Positions 1-13,594 are shown, counted from the whole stretch's first letter. The stretch: 63,317 nucleotides of DNA, filler included, from Collodictyon triciliatum (GCA_043381765.1; 18 parts of 18 records of this genome joined end to end with filler, not necessarily neighbours in it), one strand, 5' to 3'. The notes: a model not told the origin generated them from the sequence alone. Numbers and translations: made by a program.

Positions 1-64
1 TACATACATACATACATACATACATACATACATACATACATACATACATACATACATACATACA

Positions 65-94
<30 letters not shown>
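1..94. repeat. (TACA)n microsatellite
   Basis: Perfect tetranucleotide repeat at the window start. Confidence 0.97.
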
Positions 95-96
<2 letters not shown>

Positions 97-681
97 CACC
101 GCCCGAGCGTGTAATTGCCTAATTTGACTTCTTTGCGTCTTTTTTTTCGTGTTTAGGCTAATTTAAAATAGTCAACTCACCCACCGCCTTTCCCTAATAA
201 TTTCCCTCCCCTCAAATTCATATCACCCGGCGCATGTGAAATCAAGAATTTTGGCATCCCCAAATCTGGGTTACTGGTCGGTGGGTTCTTCCAACGAGCA
301 TCGCTCGACCACGCCCCTGGAGCGCAACCTGACCCGAGCGCATCAAAAAAAAAGTCCAAATGATAATGATTTATTAGTAAACTTGGGGATTGGACGGCTG
401 TCCCGATTAATGCATGTAGCTACTGGCCCGAAGATTGCGAACCTTCTCGTTCTTCGATGACCCATATATCTCTTGAGGTGGCAATCATATTCCTTTCCTT
501 TCTTTTCTTTTTCATTCTCGTCTCGTCGGAAATTCGTCGGGGGAGATCTCCAATCCATTGAAATCCTGAGAAGTAGAAGGCATAAGAGCATCTACACCAA
601 GCACAGGTTTTCCTTAAATTGTAATCTCTGAGCAGAAAGCGACTTGCTGAACCGGTTGCAGAAAGTGCACCTTGGGAAACA

Positions 682-2462
682 ATGGTGGTGTTTGATCCCT
701 TACTTCCTTGCATCGGTGGTGCTGTACTGGCACTCTCGACATCCATGAATCTATTTGTATATGGGAGAATCGTGAGTATTCTAGTGGCACAGGAATATGT
801 CCCTTTTTTTTCCATAGCAATGTGATTACTATGTATTTGAATATGCATATCTGGCAAACAATTTATTTTCTTGACCCCAGCATCTCTTCAAAATTAATTA
901 ATAAATAAAATCACCTAAACAATTCCACCTTGTCTTAAAGACTGGTATTAGTGGAATTGTTGCAAATGCTTTTGTGATTCCAAATGAAGAGCGATCGTGG
1001 AGGTTTGAATGCTTTATTTGCACGGGAAAAAAGTCTTGAATGAAACTAATGGAGTTGAAAAAAAGGTTGTACTTCATATCTGGCCTCATTCTCGGAGGTT
1101 GGGTTATAAAAATGTCTGGTGCTGATTGGCTTGGCCCATACACGACAAGTATCCCGCTCACAATACTAGCTGGCTTTCTTGTTGGCTTCGGAGCGATGGT
1201 TTGTTGAATTTTTTGGTCCTCATTAACCTTTCAAACATAGATGTATTCCCACTATAGCGTATATGCCTCTAACTTTTACCTCTGGTCGATGTTAAATCAG
1301 ATGTCAAATGGCTGTACCAGTGGTCATGGTTTGTGTGGTTTACCCAGGCTCTCAATTCGTTCGTTTGTTGCAATCGGTGTCTTCATGAGTGTTGGCTCTG
1401 CTTTCTCTATTGGGAGAAGTAAGCTTCTAAAGTCATCTCTGCAACATGCAGATGTTCCTGATATTCCTTATTTTGGGTTAGTTTTTGTATTTTCTACAAA
1501 AAGTTTTGTCTTCAGTTTTAACTATATTTTCTGACTCTTTTTTTTTAGACAGATTTCAATTGTTCTGTCAGCTGTTCTAGTACTGATTGGTTGGGTGAAA
1601 TCTGGAAAGATACAGCCCTCTGAAGAGGATAAAGTTGGGTAAAAACTGACTTAGAATCCTTTTCAAGTAGAATAATCACCTCCCGTAATACTCTTCCGAT
1701 TAAAATTCTAGGGCAACGGCACCACACAGAGAAAAAAATCCCTGGTTTTATGATATTTACTATGTTATATTTGGATTTATATTTTCAATTGGATTGTGTT
1801 TGGGTGGGATGTAAGAATTTTTTATTTAGGATATTTTAGCCATAAACGATGTAGTTTTTTTATTTTGGTTTGACTATCCACATATTTATTGGGTTATATT
1901 TAATTTTTCTCTGTCTCTAGGACAGAACCAGAAAGGGTTTTAGGTTTTTTAAATTTTGTTGACGAGTGGGACTCGACTCTAGCCTTCGTTATGGGTGTTG
2001 GGGTATTTTATGTTTTTACTCTATTAATCATGGTTTCAGCTACTCAAAATCAAACCATAGTAGCTTATCCAGAGACATATATATAACTGCACAGCCACTT
2101 GCATCTTATCTTTTATGTAGGTGACCATCAATGTCGTGGCCTTCTATATTATTTTGAAGCAAGAAGCCCCCTTATGCGCAAGAAAGTTTTCAGTTCCTTC
2201 AAACAAGACCATCGATGCAAAATTGGTCATTGGTGCATCATTATTTGGATCTGGTAAGAAATATGCTCGTCCAGGCAAACTCAAAATCTTAATTCTTAGT
2301 ATATACACCTTTTTCATAGGGTGGGGGATTGCCGGTCTTTGTCCGGGCCCTGCGATAGTCGGGATATCAAGCGGTAGCATCGGACCTCTTGTATCTATAT
2401 CCGGGATGGTTATTGGAATGTATTTCGAAAAGTTTTTGGAAAAGAAAAAGTGGATACCATAA
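682..2462 (+). CDS. yeeE: YeeE/YedE-family sulfur (thiosulfate) transporter, two-domain fused form, multi-exon
   Basis: Manually spliced exons give MVVFDPLLPCIGG..YGRI|TGISGI, LAGFLVGFG, SNGCTSGHGLCGLPRLSIRS, VLGFLNFVDEWDSTLAF and GWGIAGLCPGPA, which are the family motifs. GT-AG introns; TAA at 2460-2462. Start codon inferred. Confidence 0.9.
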
Positions 2463-3435
2463 TGAAAAAATATACCTGAGAGCATTCTTTTGAACAGGCA
2501 TCTATTTTGCAATTGTCCTTTCGCATTACGCTTCGACAGGGGTGGATGAATAAATTAGTGAAAAACTTTATGCACGTAGATAAATCACAGTAAAAAAAAA
2601 AAAAAACGCATGTGTTCTCTTTTGATTGATAAAAATGAAAATAACCACAATCTTTAATTTTCTGCAGTATATATTCGAAATTAATTTGATAAATAAGAGT
2701 AATGGGACGGGTATTTTGAATCGAATAAAGAAAAAAAAAAGGATGTGGGAGGGGTTAACATTTTTAAAAAAAAAAACTTTAAAATGTTTTGCTGTTATGA
2801 ATGTCTGCACAAAGTAATATTTACTCATACACTTGGTTTGGTTTTTCTCAAGGCTAAATTGCCACAAATACCCATCATCTCACACAAATCGAAAAAGAGA
2901 GTAACAAAAGTGCATCTATCTGTTACCAGTAATTTGCGGCTAGTCTCGCAGGTCATGAAAACAACCCCCGACTATTGAGCATACACAGGAGATATTCGAC
3001 AGGCACCACAACTTCCAGTCATATCGATGCTGCGTCCTATGGAATCAAAATTAACTATTCTTGCCCTGAGGACATGGAAGCCTCGCTCGTCTCCATACAA
3101 GAACAAGGCGTGCTGTTGTAGGAGGTGGCATGTCTCTGGGATTTCTGGCTCTCCCGTTCACACCGATTCCACCCTTGTCGAAGTTCTTTTGTTATTTTCC
3201 AGAAGCGGACAAGCGCACTAAGAAATACCTTCAGTCAGGGATTGGATATTTCGATCAGACAAGCCGGGCTGTGGATTCCGACCGCATACGAGCACATGAC
3301 TCTTTTCTTTTTTTCTTTTCTTTTTCTTTTTCTTTTCTATTATATTCTTTTCTATTATATTCTTTTCTATTATATTCTTTTCTATTATATTCTTTTCTAT
3401 TATATTCTTTTCTATTATATTCTTTTCTATTTTCT

Positions 3436-3535
3436 NNNNNNNNNNNNNNNNNNNNNNNNNNNNNNNNNNNNNNNNNNNNTTAATTAATTAANNNNNNNNN
3501 NNNNNNNNNNNNNNNNNNNNNNNNNNNNNNNNNNN
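3436..3535. other. Artificial contig-join spacer (N44-TTAATTAATTAA-N44), first of 17
   Basis: The identical 100-nt spacer with a six-frame stop linker recurs about every 3.5 kb: 7008, 10534, 14060, 17585, 21109, 24634, 28157, 31680, 35179, 38702, 42245, 45767, 49291, 52811, 56329, 59846. Confidence 0.98.
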
Positions 3536-5846
3536 TTTGAAACGATTGTGCTTGTAAATTTATTAACATTCAGACCTTTGTTGCCTTTCTCATAGTAATA
3601 ATTATATTTTGTATCAAAAATCTAGTACTAACCTGATTGTAATAGACTTATTCTATTCAGAGTTTCAAAGAACCTTTATAGCTTATAGTCTTCAAATTCT
3701 CAATGAAATATATGATTTACATATCACTAATAATAGTCATAATAATAAAACATTTTTTATCAGAGTGATTTGATTTTGATTAGTATAGCTGGTTTTAGCT
3801 CTATGAATCATTTTAATATGGTGACTGTGACAAATATGTCATTAAAAGAGAGGTCAATTAAAAATCACTATATTTGGGACTTATGATAAATAATGAGATA
3901 ATGATTGACATTAATCAGATAAATAAATGCAAAATAATGCTGAAACTGGTTGTGAATCATGAAATCTATTAGAGATGGTATCCAATACTCACACAACATA
4001 TTTTGATGCTGCAATCAGCTATTAATGAAAATTTTACCGAATAATAGGATGTGGTTCATCTCTTGAGCCCCTATTTTGTACATAGACGGTTATACCTCAA
4101 GGGATAAAATATTTTATATATAATCAATAATATAGTTAACTGAAAGACCATTTGCTAATTTATATTAAATCATAATTATAATTTCCAAACAGAACTTATC
4201 AAAACCATGTAAAGGAAATATTTTTGTTTGCTCCTGTATGATATTCATTCGATGAAGTCAAGCGAATAGGATTTATTTTTATCATTGAATCAGTATAAGT
4301 TATCTAATAATATGAATATTTTTACAGTTATGATAATCTGATTAATTATGTATAAATATTATACGGAAACAATAAACGAATTTAATCATTATATTTCGAT
4401 AAATATGCACATAATGATAATATATAATATCCTGATTAATTTTATTGGAATTTCTTGGTATTTAAAGGTTTTCATTTTGAGGAATATTAATTTAAATGTT
4501 CAATAAATAAAGCAATTTTTCAAAGGATGCCACTGGTTCTGGTAAACAATATTTTATGAGATTATATTTTGATAATATTCATCTGATGAAGAGTCTATTA
4601 ATGCTTGCACTTAAATTAATTATCTTAAATCATTTTATTTTTAATGCTATTTCCCATAAATCTCATGATTAACCAATATGCCAATCGATTAGTAATTAAA
4701 ATTACGTGTCATTAACCACTTCTTACTTTTAAATATCATATCATCCGCTCATCCAATTTTTGTAATGCTGAGAAAACAAGGACTTAATGTACGATATATT
4801 TTTTATCAATCAAAATGAATATGGATTTTTTGTGCATTAAGAAGCCGTTATAAAGGAAACATGATTAAACAACCAATTTATTAATTATTTCTTTACTTCA
4901 TCAATATTTATATACGAAATATGTGAACAAAAATGTAACCAAATGATTGACATGTGTTTTCCTTGATAACATGTTATTCATAATTTTAATATACATTTAA
5001 TTTCTTGATACAAATAACACATATAAGTTTTATCATACTGCATCCTTTTAAAATCGTACAAATTTTATGAATAATAATAAATATTTCTATATTTATAATT
5101 ATAGGTGTGGTATATATTGATTTTAAGGGGAAATAATTGATTGAAAAAGTCTTCTGTGGAATCGTCATCTATTTTGGTCACCACAATTTATTGATTTATC
5201 ACTTAGACAAATCAAACCTATAATTAAACTGAAACATATATTATCTTATCATTTAAACTTAAACTTGATTTTCCTTTGATTTATTCTCATGTCCTATTCA
5301 CAATGAGGCTACTTTGCATGAGTCCCATATTTAATATTGTGCTCCGTATGTCGTATGTTGGTTTATTTGTTTTGAAGGCATGATTTATCTAATAATTGAT
5401 TAGTGATTTTCCTACAAGTATCAAATCAAAATACAATTATAATTCATACAAAAATGACCTTGCTAAAAAATAACCGAAGTCTAATGAATTTTTATCAGTT
5501 TTATCCTAATTTTTGAGTTGATATCGATTTAATTTGATATGATAACTATTTTGCATTTTTAATATATGTGAATTGACGGAATAAGTCACTATAACAACAA
5601 ATTAAAATAGTCATGTTTATCAATGGATATGAATATCAGTATTCATATTCATATTTTGAGAGATTTTATTACATGAGTATTATTGAAGTTATGTGTAGAT
5701 AATCAATCTATGTATTTTTGAATAAATAAATGAAAATTGAGTAGAATGATTAAATATTAGATGTTTAAACAAATGTCTTGATTGGGTATTACACCACTTC
5801 ATAAAATTTTGTGTAAATGTTTAAACACTCATCACATTAGTTTAGA

Positions 5847-6963
5847 ATGAGATTGAACTCAAAGTCGTTTGCAGCTCTGTTGCTGTTGGGTGAGTTATTA
5901 ATGATATTTTAATTGTTTTAATTTTATTGACTTCAAATTACATAGAATTTTAATTGATATATTTTTAGGATTGATGCTTCACTGCCAATTGTGCCTGGTT
6001 GAAGGGCAAGATGATTCGATACGCACATTGACTGGTCATAGTGGAGATGTTCTCAGTGTTGCTTTTACTCCTGATGGGTCAAAAATTGTTTCTGGAAGCC
6101 GGGATAATACAATCAAAATCTGGAATCTTTCTGATGGAGCTTTGATTCGCACGTTGGCTGGTCATGCTTATTGGATTCGTAGTGTTGCTGTCACTCCTGA
6201 TGGCTCAAAAATTGTTTCTGGAAGTCAGGATGGAACAATGAAAATCTGGAATCTTTCTGATGGATCTTTGATCAGCACATTGATCGGTCATACAGTGCCT
6301 GTTTGCAGTGTTGCTGTTACTCCTGATGGCTCAAAAATTGTGTCTGGAAGTGATGATAGTACAATTAAAATTTGGAATCTTACTGAGGGAACTTTGATTC
6401 GCACATTGACTGGACATACTAGTTGGGTTCTCAGTGTTGCTGTTACTCCTGATGGCTCAAATATTGTTTCTGGAAGTGGTGATTATACAATCAAAATCTG
6501 GAATCTTTCTGATGGAGCTTTGATTCGCACGTTGGCTGGTCATACTTATTGGATTCGTAGTGTTGCTGTCACTCCTGATGGCTCAAAAATTGTTTCTGGA
6601 AGTCAGGATGGAACAATGAAAATCTGGAATCTTTCTGGTGGATCTTTGATCAGCACATTGATTGGTCATACAGTGCCTGTTTGCAGTGTTGCTGTTACTC
6701 CTGGTGGCTCAAAAATTGTGTCTGGAAGTGACGATAGTACAATTAAAATTTGGAATCTTTCTGATGGAGCTTTTATTCGCACATTGACTGCTCATACCGA
6801 GTATGTTTATAGTGTTGCTGTTACTCCTGATGGCTCAAAAATTGTTTCTGGCAGTAGTGATAACACAATCAAAATCTGGGGACTTTGTGTCGCTGGTCAG
6901 TTTTATGATTCAGTTTCAAAGTCTTGTCAACTATGCCCTTCTGGAAGCTATAGTGCTGGAGGA
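5847..6963 (+). CDS. Signal peptide + 7 WD40 repeats + start of a Cys-rich (GCC2/GCC3, ephrin-receptor-like) repeat; 3' truncated by gap
   Basis: Exon 5847-5889 (gtgagt donor) splices in frame to 5969, giving MRLNSKSFAALLLLGLMLHCQLCLVEG. Then seven 42-aa repeats LxGHxxxVxSVAVTPDGSKIVSGSxDxTIKIW, then CVAGQFYDSVSKSCQLCPSGSYS. Confidence 0.9.
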
Positions 6964-7063
6964 NNNNNNNNNNNNNNNNNNNNNNNNNNNNNNNNNNNNN
7001 NNNNNNNTTAATTAATTAANNNNNNNNNNNNNNNNNNNNNNNNNNNNNNNNNNNNNNNNNNNN

Positions 7064-7175
7064 AAAGACAAAGACAAAGACAAAGACAAAGACAAAGACA
7101 AAGACAAAGACAAAGACAAAGACAAAGACAAAGACAAAGACAAAGACAAAGACAAAGACAAAGACAAAGACAAAG
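7064..7175. repeat. (AAAGAC)n microsatellite
   Basis: Perfect hexamer array at a contig end. Confidence 0.95.
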
Positions 7176-7416
7176 AGAAAGAGAAAGAGAAAGAGAAAGA
7201 GAAAGAGAAGAGGCATATAGAAGCGACGTGTTGGGGATTGAAGCAGCAACACGATATAAATATGGTCGATGAGGATAATTGTCAATATAAGTTTTTATTT
7301 TCTCCTTTTAAATTTTTTTCAGAATGAGAATTTTGGATATCTATGAAGATGATGAACGATGATGGACGGTACAGAATGAGTACGAATGGAAGGTACAGGG
7401 AGGATAAAACAAACCA

Positions 7417-8410
7417 ACTCGAAATAGATCCTCATCACTGACACGAACTTCATCGCTATCATCTTGTACAGAGTCGCCAATCTTGTCCGCATTCACTCCA
7501 AGGATGATTAAAATGGATACCAAATGAGCGTAGAATAAAATCATCCTGTCCCCCACAAGAGTACAATTGAAAAAAGGACATAGTAGAAACGTCAGCATAT
7601 AAGAGAATTGGTCATGTGCTTGTGGAAGGGGCATACTTACCAAAAGACATCTTTATATTCTCCGGAATGCTGAAATCTTTCGCCATTAGCTACAGTGAAA
7701 AGAAAGAGAATATGTAAAAGTCAAGTCAAGTGGGCAATATTACAATTTGTAATCCACTAGCAGAGACCCCTCGCACAAAACCTGCTTGACTACCAAAGTT
7801 TTGAAAAGATTCAACTAGAATAAAAAGCAGTATAGTTTAGAATAAAGAACCTGACGCCATGAGACTGGAACCCTATTGTGAAAACTGTGTTACGAATCAA
7901 CTCTGAGCAATTATGGTACGAATATGAAAACAAAGAAGAGAAGAGGAGAAATAGATAGGCCCCAAAGAATGTGGGAAGAAAAAATATACTCAGAAACAAG
8001 ACAGCCCCTGGAACCAAGGAAGAGGAAGTAGAGTAGAGTAAAGTAAAGTAAAGTAAAGTAAAATAAAATAAAATAGAAAAGGAGAAAAGAATATGCACAT
8101 ATCTCCATCAACCATCTCAGTCCGACAAATTTGGGCACAGCATGTGCTGGCCACCACCAACCTCTTGATCGTACGCTGGGCCCTTTGGATTGAGCGGCTC
8201 GCCGGTTGTTTGGGCCGGGGCGTAGGACTGTTGGGGCGGTGGAGGCTGTCCGTAAGGCTGGTACGGGTTCCCGTAAGCCTGCTGGCCGAAGGCTTGTTGC
8301 CCATAAGGAGCGTACTGATTCCCATAGGCCGGCTGGCCATATGGATTATACTGGCTGCCATATGCGGCCTGGTTGTAGGGCGGGTATTGGTTTCCAGGGA
8401 CTTGGCTCAT
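7417..8410 (-). CDS. Choline-transporter-like (CTL/PNS1) protein, 5' part
   Basis: Q/P/Y/G-rich N-terminus (MSQVPGNQYPPYNQ...). Exons 7641-7689 and about 7417-7545 splice to NGERFQHSGEYKDVFWMILFYAHL, matching the YxDxxWxxLF motif before TM1 of PNS1/CTL proteins. Confidence 0.65.
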
Positions 8411-10036
8411 CTATTGCACAGAGTCACAGGAGGGGAAAAGAAAAGGAAACAGAAAAAGAAACAGAAAAAGAAAAAAGAAAAAGGAAAAAAAGAAAAGAAA
8501 AGAAAAGAAAAGAAAAGAGGAAGGAAAGAAAGGAAAGAAAAGAGAATGAAAAAATAGCCTGGTGTCAAGAGCTTGCGCGCAGTGCGTATGCGATCGGAGG
8601 CGGCGGGCGCATAGTGGTGATCAGCCCTTGTGACCACCTCCACCCCTCCAAATGCCAGACCGCCTTCGACTCTGGCACGCAACTGCGGCTTTGGAGGCAG
8701 GCGGCTGATTCTGGTCCCCCGGCCTCGATCGCGCTTCTGGTGCTCGGTGCAGGCGAACGGATGCCGCGTCACCAGATTCAACCCTTGGCTTGATCCGCGA
8801 TGTGCCCTTGGGCGTGGGAATCCGGGGACAAACGGGTAATTCCAAATAGGGTGTGAATGTCAACAGAATTGCATTTGTGGGAGAGGAAATCAATTGTGGA
8901 ATATACGTTGAGTACTTTTCTTGCTTACGCAATAATTAATCAACACTCCTGCCATCCCGAGTTCCTCCATTTTGTACCGTTCTATAACCCTATTGGCCTC
9001 AAACAAGGCTTAACAACAACACTTAAGCAACAAACGCATCTTTGTGTCAAGTGTGTAGCGACTGCAGTTCTTGCGCAACTCTAACAAAGCAATACAGAAA
9101 AAAGACCTAATATGTATATATTATTAGAAATTTAGAAGAAATAGCCAAAAGTTCCTGTTTCATTATTCCAGATAAGTGAATATCCGTGCCTGCCAAATCT
9201 CACGGTTTGCGCGATGGAAAAATTATGTACCGCGCTTATATGTATCATACCCAAATTTATCAAATACAATGCGTATAGAGAGAAAACACAAGAGACAAAA
9301 TCATGTGTCCCTTTGGGGGTTATAGGATGGAATGAGATATGCACCGAAGCTCCCCACCGCGCAAGGGTAATGGAAATGGAGATCACCACCGACAAGCGCA
9401 AGATCACAATTAGTGCTGTAGTCGAGGCCCAAGCCTTGGATCAGACTGAGAGGCAGGACGACCCTGTCCACAAAACACATCTGGCGCCATGCCAGCCCAG
9501 CTGTTATGCGCCCCGCTCTCCTTTTTTTTCCCTTTATTCGATGCGCCCTCTTTTTCTCCTTTTTTTCTTATAATACTGTCGTATGGCAATACTGATGACA
9601 ATACGTGAAGTTTTGTTTCTTATGTAAACCTACATTCCTTTTCCTTCACCAATACCACGGTTAAAAACGCGTACAGCACTTTTTTTTATGCCCTTGCGGC
9701 GTTTGGTTCGATTGAAGTCGGATCATCGTTTTTTTTTTAAATACCGCACCTGTGTGCTGAAATACTATTGAAACCCCTTCACGCCAGTGAATCATGGGGC
9801 ATGCCTCATATGTAGCAACAATCGAAAGAAATTATGCCTCAAGAACATAAGAAACACAGACGGTTTCTCTACCTACCCCTCTCGCCACTTAATTAAAGAA
9901 CAATTAAAATCTCCCACTCAAATGGGGTGATGTTTTTTCTCTTTGTAGCACACCAAGGCCGAGAACACGAGAGTTCAAAACCGCCGCCCGAGTAAGTTTT
10001 ATTATCACACAATCGAAGTCACACAAAAACCACAGG

Positions 10037-10119
10037 CCGAAGCCGAAGCCGAAGCCGAAGCCGAAGCCGAAGCCGAAGCCGAAGCCGAAGCCGAAGCCGA
10101 AGCCGAAGCCGAAGCCGAA
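10037..10119. repeat. (GCCGAA)n microsatellite
   Basis: Perfect hexamer array. Confidence 0.95.
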
Positions 10120-10702
10120 TTTGAGTACAAATACGGAAATCACAATCTATAGCCAAAAGCGAAATTAAGATCAGCACAAAAGCGGATATCACAATCTATA
10201 ACCACATAAAGAAAATGATCTGCTACCAAATACGTAAATTGCACTTTTGAAATAGGGGTAATATAATCTGCCATTGCGTTATTTTCTCGATAACAGAAGT
10301 GTTTATCATATATGAGTAGCTATCGCTTGGTACCATTCCAATCAACGCCCTGTTTTCATTCTGTATATATATGATATAAACACAATATACAACACACAAC
10401 ACACAACACACAACACACAACACACAACACACAACACACAACACACAACACACAACACACAACACACAACACACAACACACAACACAAANNNNNNNNNNN
10501 NNNNNNNNNNNNNNNNNNNNNNNNNNNNNNNNNTTAATTAATTAANNNNNNNNNNNNNNNNNNNNNNNNNNNNNNNNNNNNNNNNNNNNTTTTTTCTTTT
10601 TTTCTTTTTTTCTTTTTTTCTTTTTTTCTTTTTTTCTTTTTTTCTTTTTTTCTTTTTTTCTTTTTTTCTTTTTTTCTTTTTTTTCAGGAGAGCTGGGAAA
10701 GG

Positions 10703-13346
10703 ATGAACCGAGATCAGATTGTGAAGCGAACCTCTACGGCAATTAATGGTAGCCAAGGTTCTTCTTCAACAGGCGGATCGGCACTATTCTCCTCGCTGTC
10801 TAATTTTCAAGTCGACGGTTATGAGAAAAAGTAAGCTTGGTGGTCCAGCGTGAGCCACTTTTTTACTCTCTTTTTTTACTCTCTTTTTTACTTTTTCTCT
10901 CTCTTTCATTTTTTACTCTTATTTTTTTTACTCTCTTTCTACTTTATTTCTTCCCTCTAATTTTATCTATGTTTTCGATTGATGCTTTATCTTTTCCTTT
11001 ACAATAAGCTTGATGTCTTTTTCCCTCTCTGTCTAAACTCTTTGATTATTTTCTTGTTCCTCTCACAAGACTTCTTCCTTCCCATTTTTTTATGCCACAG
11101 TTTACCTCTGAACATTCATGACGAGGCTGATAATGTTGAGCTCAACTTAAGTCCAAAGGTTTAGTGTCTTTTTTTCTTCCTCTCTTCTTTTCTTCTCTAA
11201 GGAAAAAGGATATATATGTCATACAATCTTTTCCATGGTTTGTCAACATTTCAAAAGAGTGAAAACTGTTTCCTAGTTAGCAAGGATGATTTATGAATAA
11301 TTTTCCACAGAAAGACCATGCAAGAAGATCGAGCAGCGGGAAATATCGCAATCATATCATCAGCACGATAGTCCACTATGCCACATCATCCTCGAACTTC
11401 GACCCAAAAACATTTGCCACCATTGTATTTCTGTCGTTCTTTACTCGGTTCTATTCACTATCGCATCCCAACAATGTAAAAATCGAAATCACGCAACACA
11501 CTATGTTCAATACATATTTTCCCACAAAGTTCTTTGACAACCTGGCTTATCACCATATTGCGTATTTTTTTTTTAATAAATAATATATAGTAAATAAATG
11601 AATTTTACATTTTATTCCAGATCGTGTTTGATGAAGCACACTTTGGTCGCTATGCTACGCTTTACATAAAAGGAACCCATTTTTTTGATATTCATCCTCC
11701 CCTGGGAAAGCTTATGTTCATGGTGGCCTCGCGTATAGCTGGCTATGACGGACATTTCGACTTTCATGCATCATATGTGTACGATGGAAATTTTTACATC
11801 GCCATGCGTACTGTGACCGCCTTTTTTTCTTCGTTGACTCCTCCCACTACATACCTCTGTTTACTGGAAATGGGGAAGTCCAATCTAATTGCAGCTTTTG
11901 CAGCCTCCCTTGTTCTGTTTGACAATTGCATATTGCTGGAAGGCAGGCTAATTCTCATGGATGCGCACTTACTTTACTTCTTGTCTGCCGCATATTACTT
12001 TCACAAAAGGCGACGAAATGCACCAGAGTACTCAAGAGAATGGTACATCATCACGACGTTGTGCGGCATAAACATGGCCCTGTGTATGAGTGTAAAATGG
12101 ACGGCGCTTGCCACTGTGGCACTGATCGGAATAGAGACGCTTATAGAGTTGATCAAAAGGATTGGAACTTACTCAAACATAGAGCAAATGGCCCGAGACT
12201 GGTGTGTGCGTGGCCTGCTTTTGGGCTTCTTACCTGTCTGTATATATCTTTTGATTTGGTCCATTCACTTTCGGCTACTCTATCATTCTGGACCAGGTGA
12301 CAACATGATGCCCTCTGAGTTTTTGAAACGTTTAGAAGGAAATAACGTACAAGAAGACGTCGTCCCCTTTTCGTTATTCGAGTCAATTATATACGTGCAT
12401 CATAGGATGTATGAGCATAACAAGGGAATTACCGAACCACATCCCCTTATGAGCTCCTGGTGGTCATGGCCTGTGATGCTCAAGTAACTCCATGAATAAC
12501 ATCGCGCATTCAAAAATGAAAGAAAAGAAAACAAAAGAATCGTCTAATTCGATTCGAATGTATACAATTTGAAAATTTCTCAATGAAAACCTCCTCCATC
12601 ACCTTTCGCTTTATAGAGGAATGAGATACTGGGGACGCCAAAGCTCAGATAACAGACATATGCAAATATATTTGATGGGAAATCCTATCATCTGGTGGAC
12701 CGCACTCCTCTTCGTCGTCGGTTTCTGCTTTTACATGATGAGTTTGCCTTGGAGGAATGATGAGATATCCACTTACGAAAAGAGGGCAATAATCCAGGTT
12801 GATATTCTCAATATTTATATCACGAAAGGAAAAAAATAGAAAATTATACATTGGTACCAATATCTCACAAATCAGTATAGAATGGTATGGGCTAATTCGT
12901 TGAGCCATAGGGAATATTTCTTGTCGGCGGGTACGCTATGAATCTGTATGCATATATTCTTGTGCCTCGGGTTACCTTCCTGTACCACTATATGCCAACA
13001 CTTTACATGGCTTTTCTGTTGGAAGGCGTGGCTCTAGAGGTAAGCAGCCTTTTCTGCCCAATACAATTTAATACATCTCTCGACCAATGAAGATAAAATG
13101 GACGAAATGGTTCATCTACGGTTGTGTGATAAATTCTTTTATTTTCACCAGCTCCTCTTGAGTTCAATTGAGAAGACCATTTCGACACACCTCCGAGTTT
13201 CATCGCCTTCTCTTCGTTACTATATCGTCGGATGCATCCTGGCTCTAAATGTGCTCACTTTTTCTTACTTTGCTCCGCTGACGTACGGCTCCGCCTTGTT
13301 GCCCGCTCAGCACGCAGCTCGCGTATGGATGACACGCTGGCAATAA
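10703..13346 (+). CDS. PMT: Dolichyl-phosphate-mannose:protein O-mannosyltransferase (GT39), lacking MIR domains
   Basis: Motifs TRFYSLSHP, VFDEAHFG (catalytic DE), FFDIHPPLGKL, SVKWT, SGPGD, HPLMSSWWSWP, IYLMGNPIIWW, PRVTFLYHYMP and YFAPLTYG. About 7 GT-AG exons; TAA at 13344-13346. Confidence 0.93.
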
Positions 13347-13594
13347 ATCACCAAAGCCTCCATAACCTTTTTTTCCTCCTTTGTATCATTCTGAATCAAC
13401 TGGTTGATGCATCAGAGTTGCCAGTGATAAAATAATAAGATTCACGCCTTTGGAAGCCAACGATTTTGCAGCACACAAAGCAAACATTTCGTTTCCTAAC
13501 TCAACATCAACCTCCGGGCTCAGCTCAATTTTCAAAATAATTTTGAAAAAAAACTCCATTTCTCGAGAGAATTTTAGCAAAACGACATTGAGCC

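Noticed and set aside
3480-3491. TTAATTAATTAA as a piggyBac TSD or biological motif
   Set aside because: It is always centred in identical N runs, so it is an artificial six-frame stop linker.
8090-8125. TGA-to-Trp recoding (SD*DG*WRY reads well as Trp; a TGA also aligns with TGG in LINE copy 2)
   Set aside because: The segment is better explained as intron, since splicing yields the PNS1 motif. Conserved Trp residues in PMT, myotubularin and the WD40 gene use TGG, and the LINE copies are pseudogenes.
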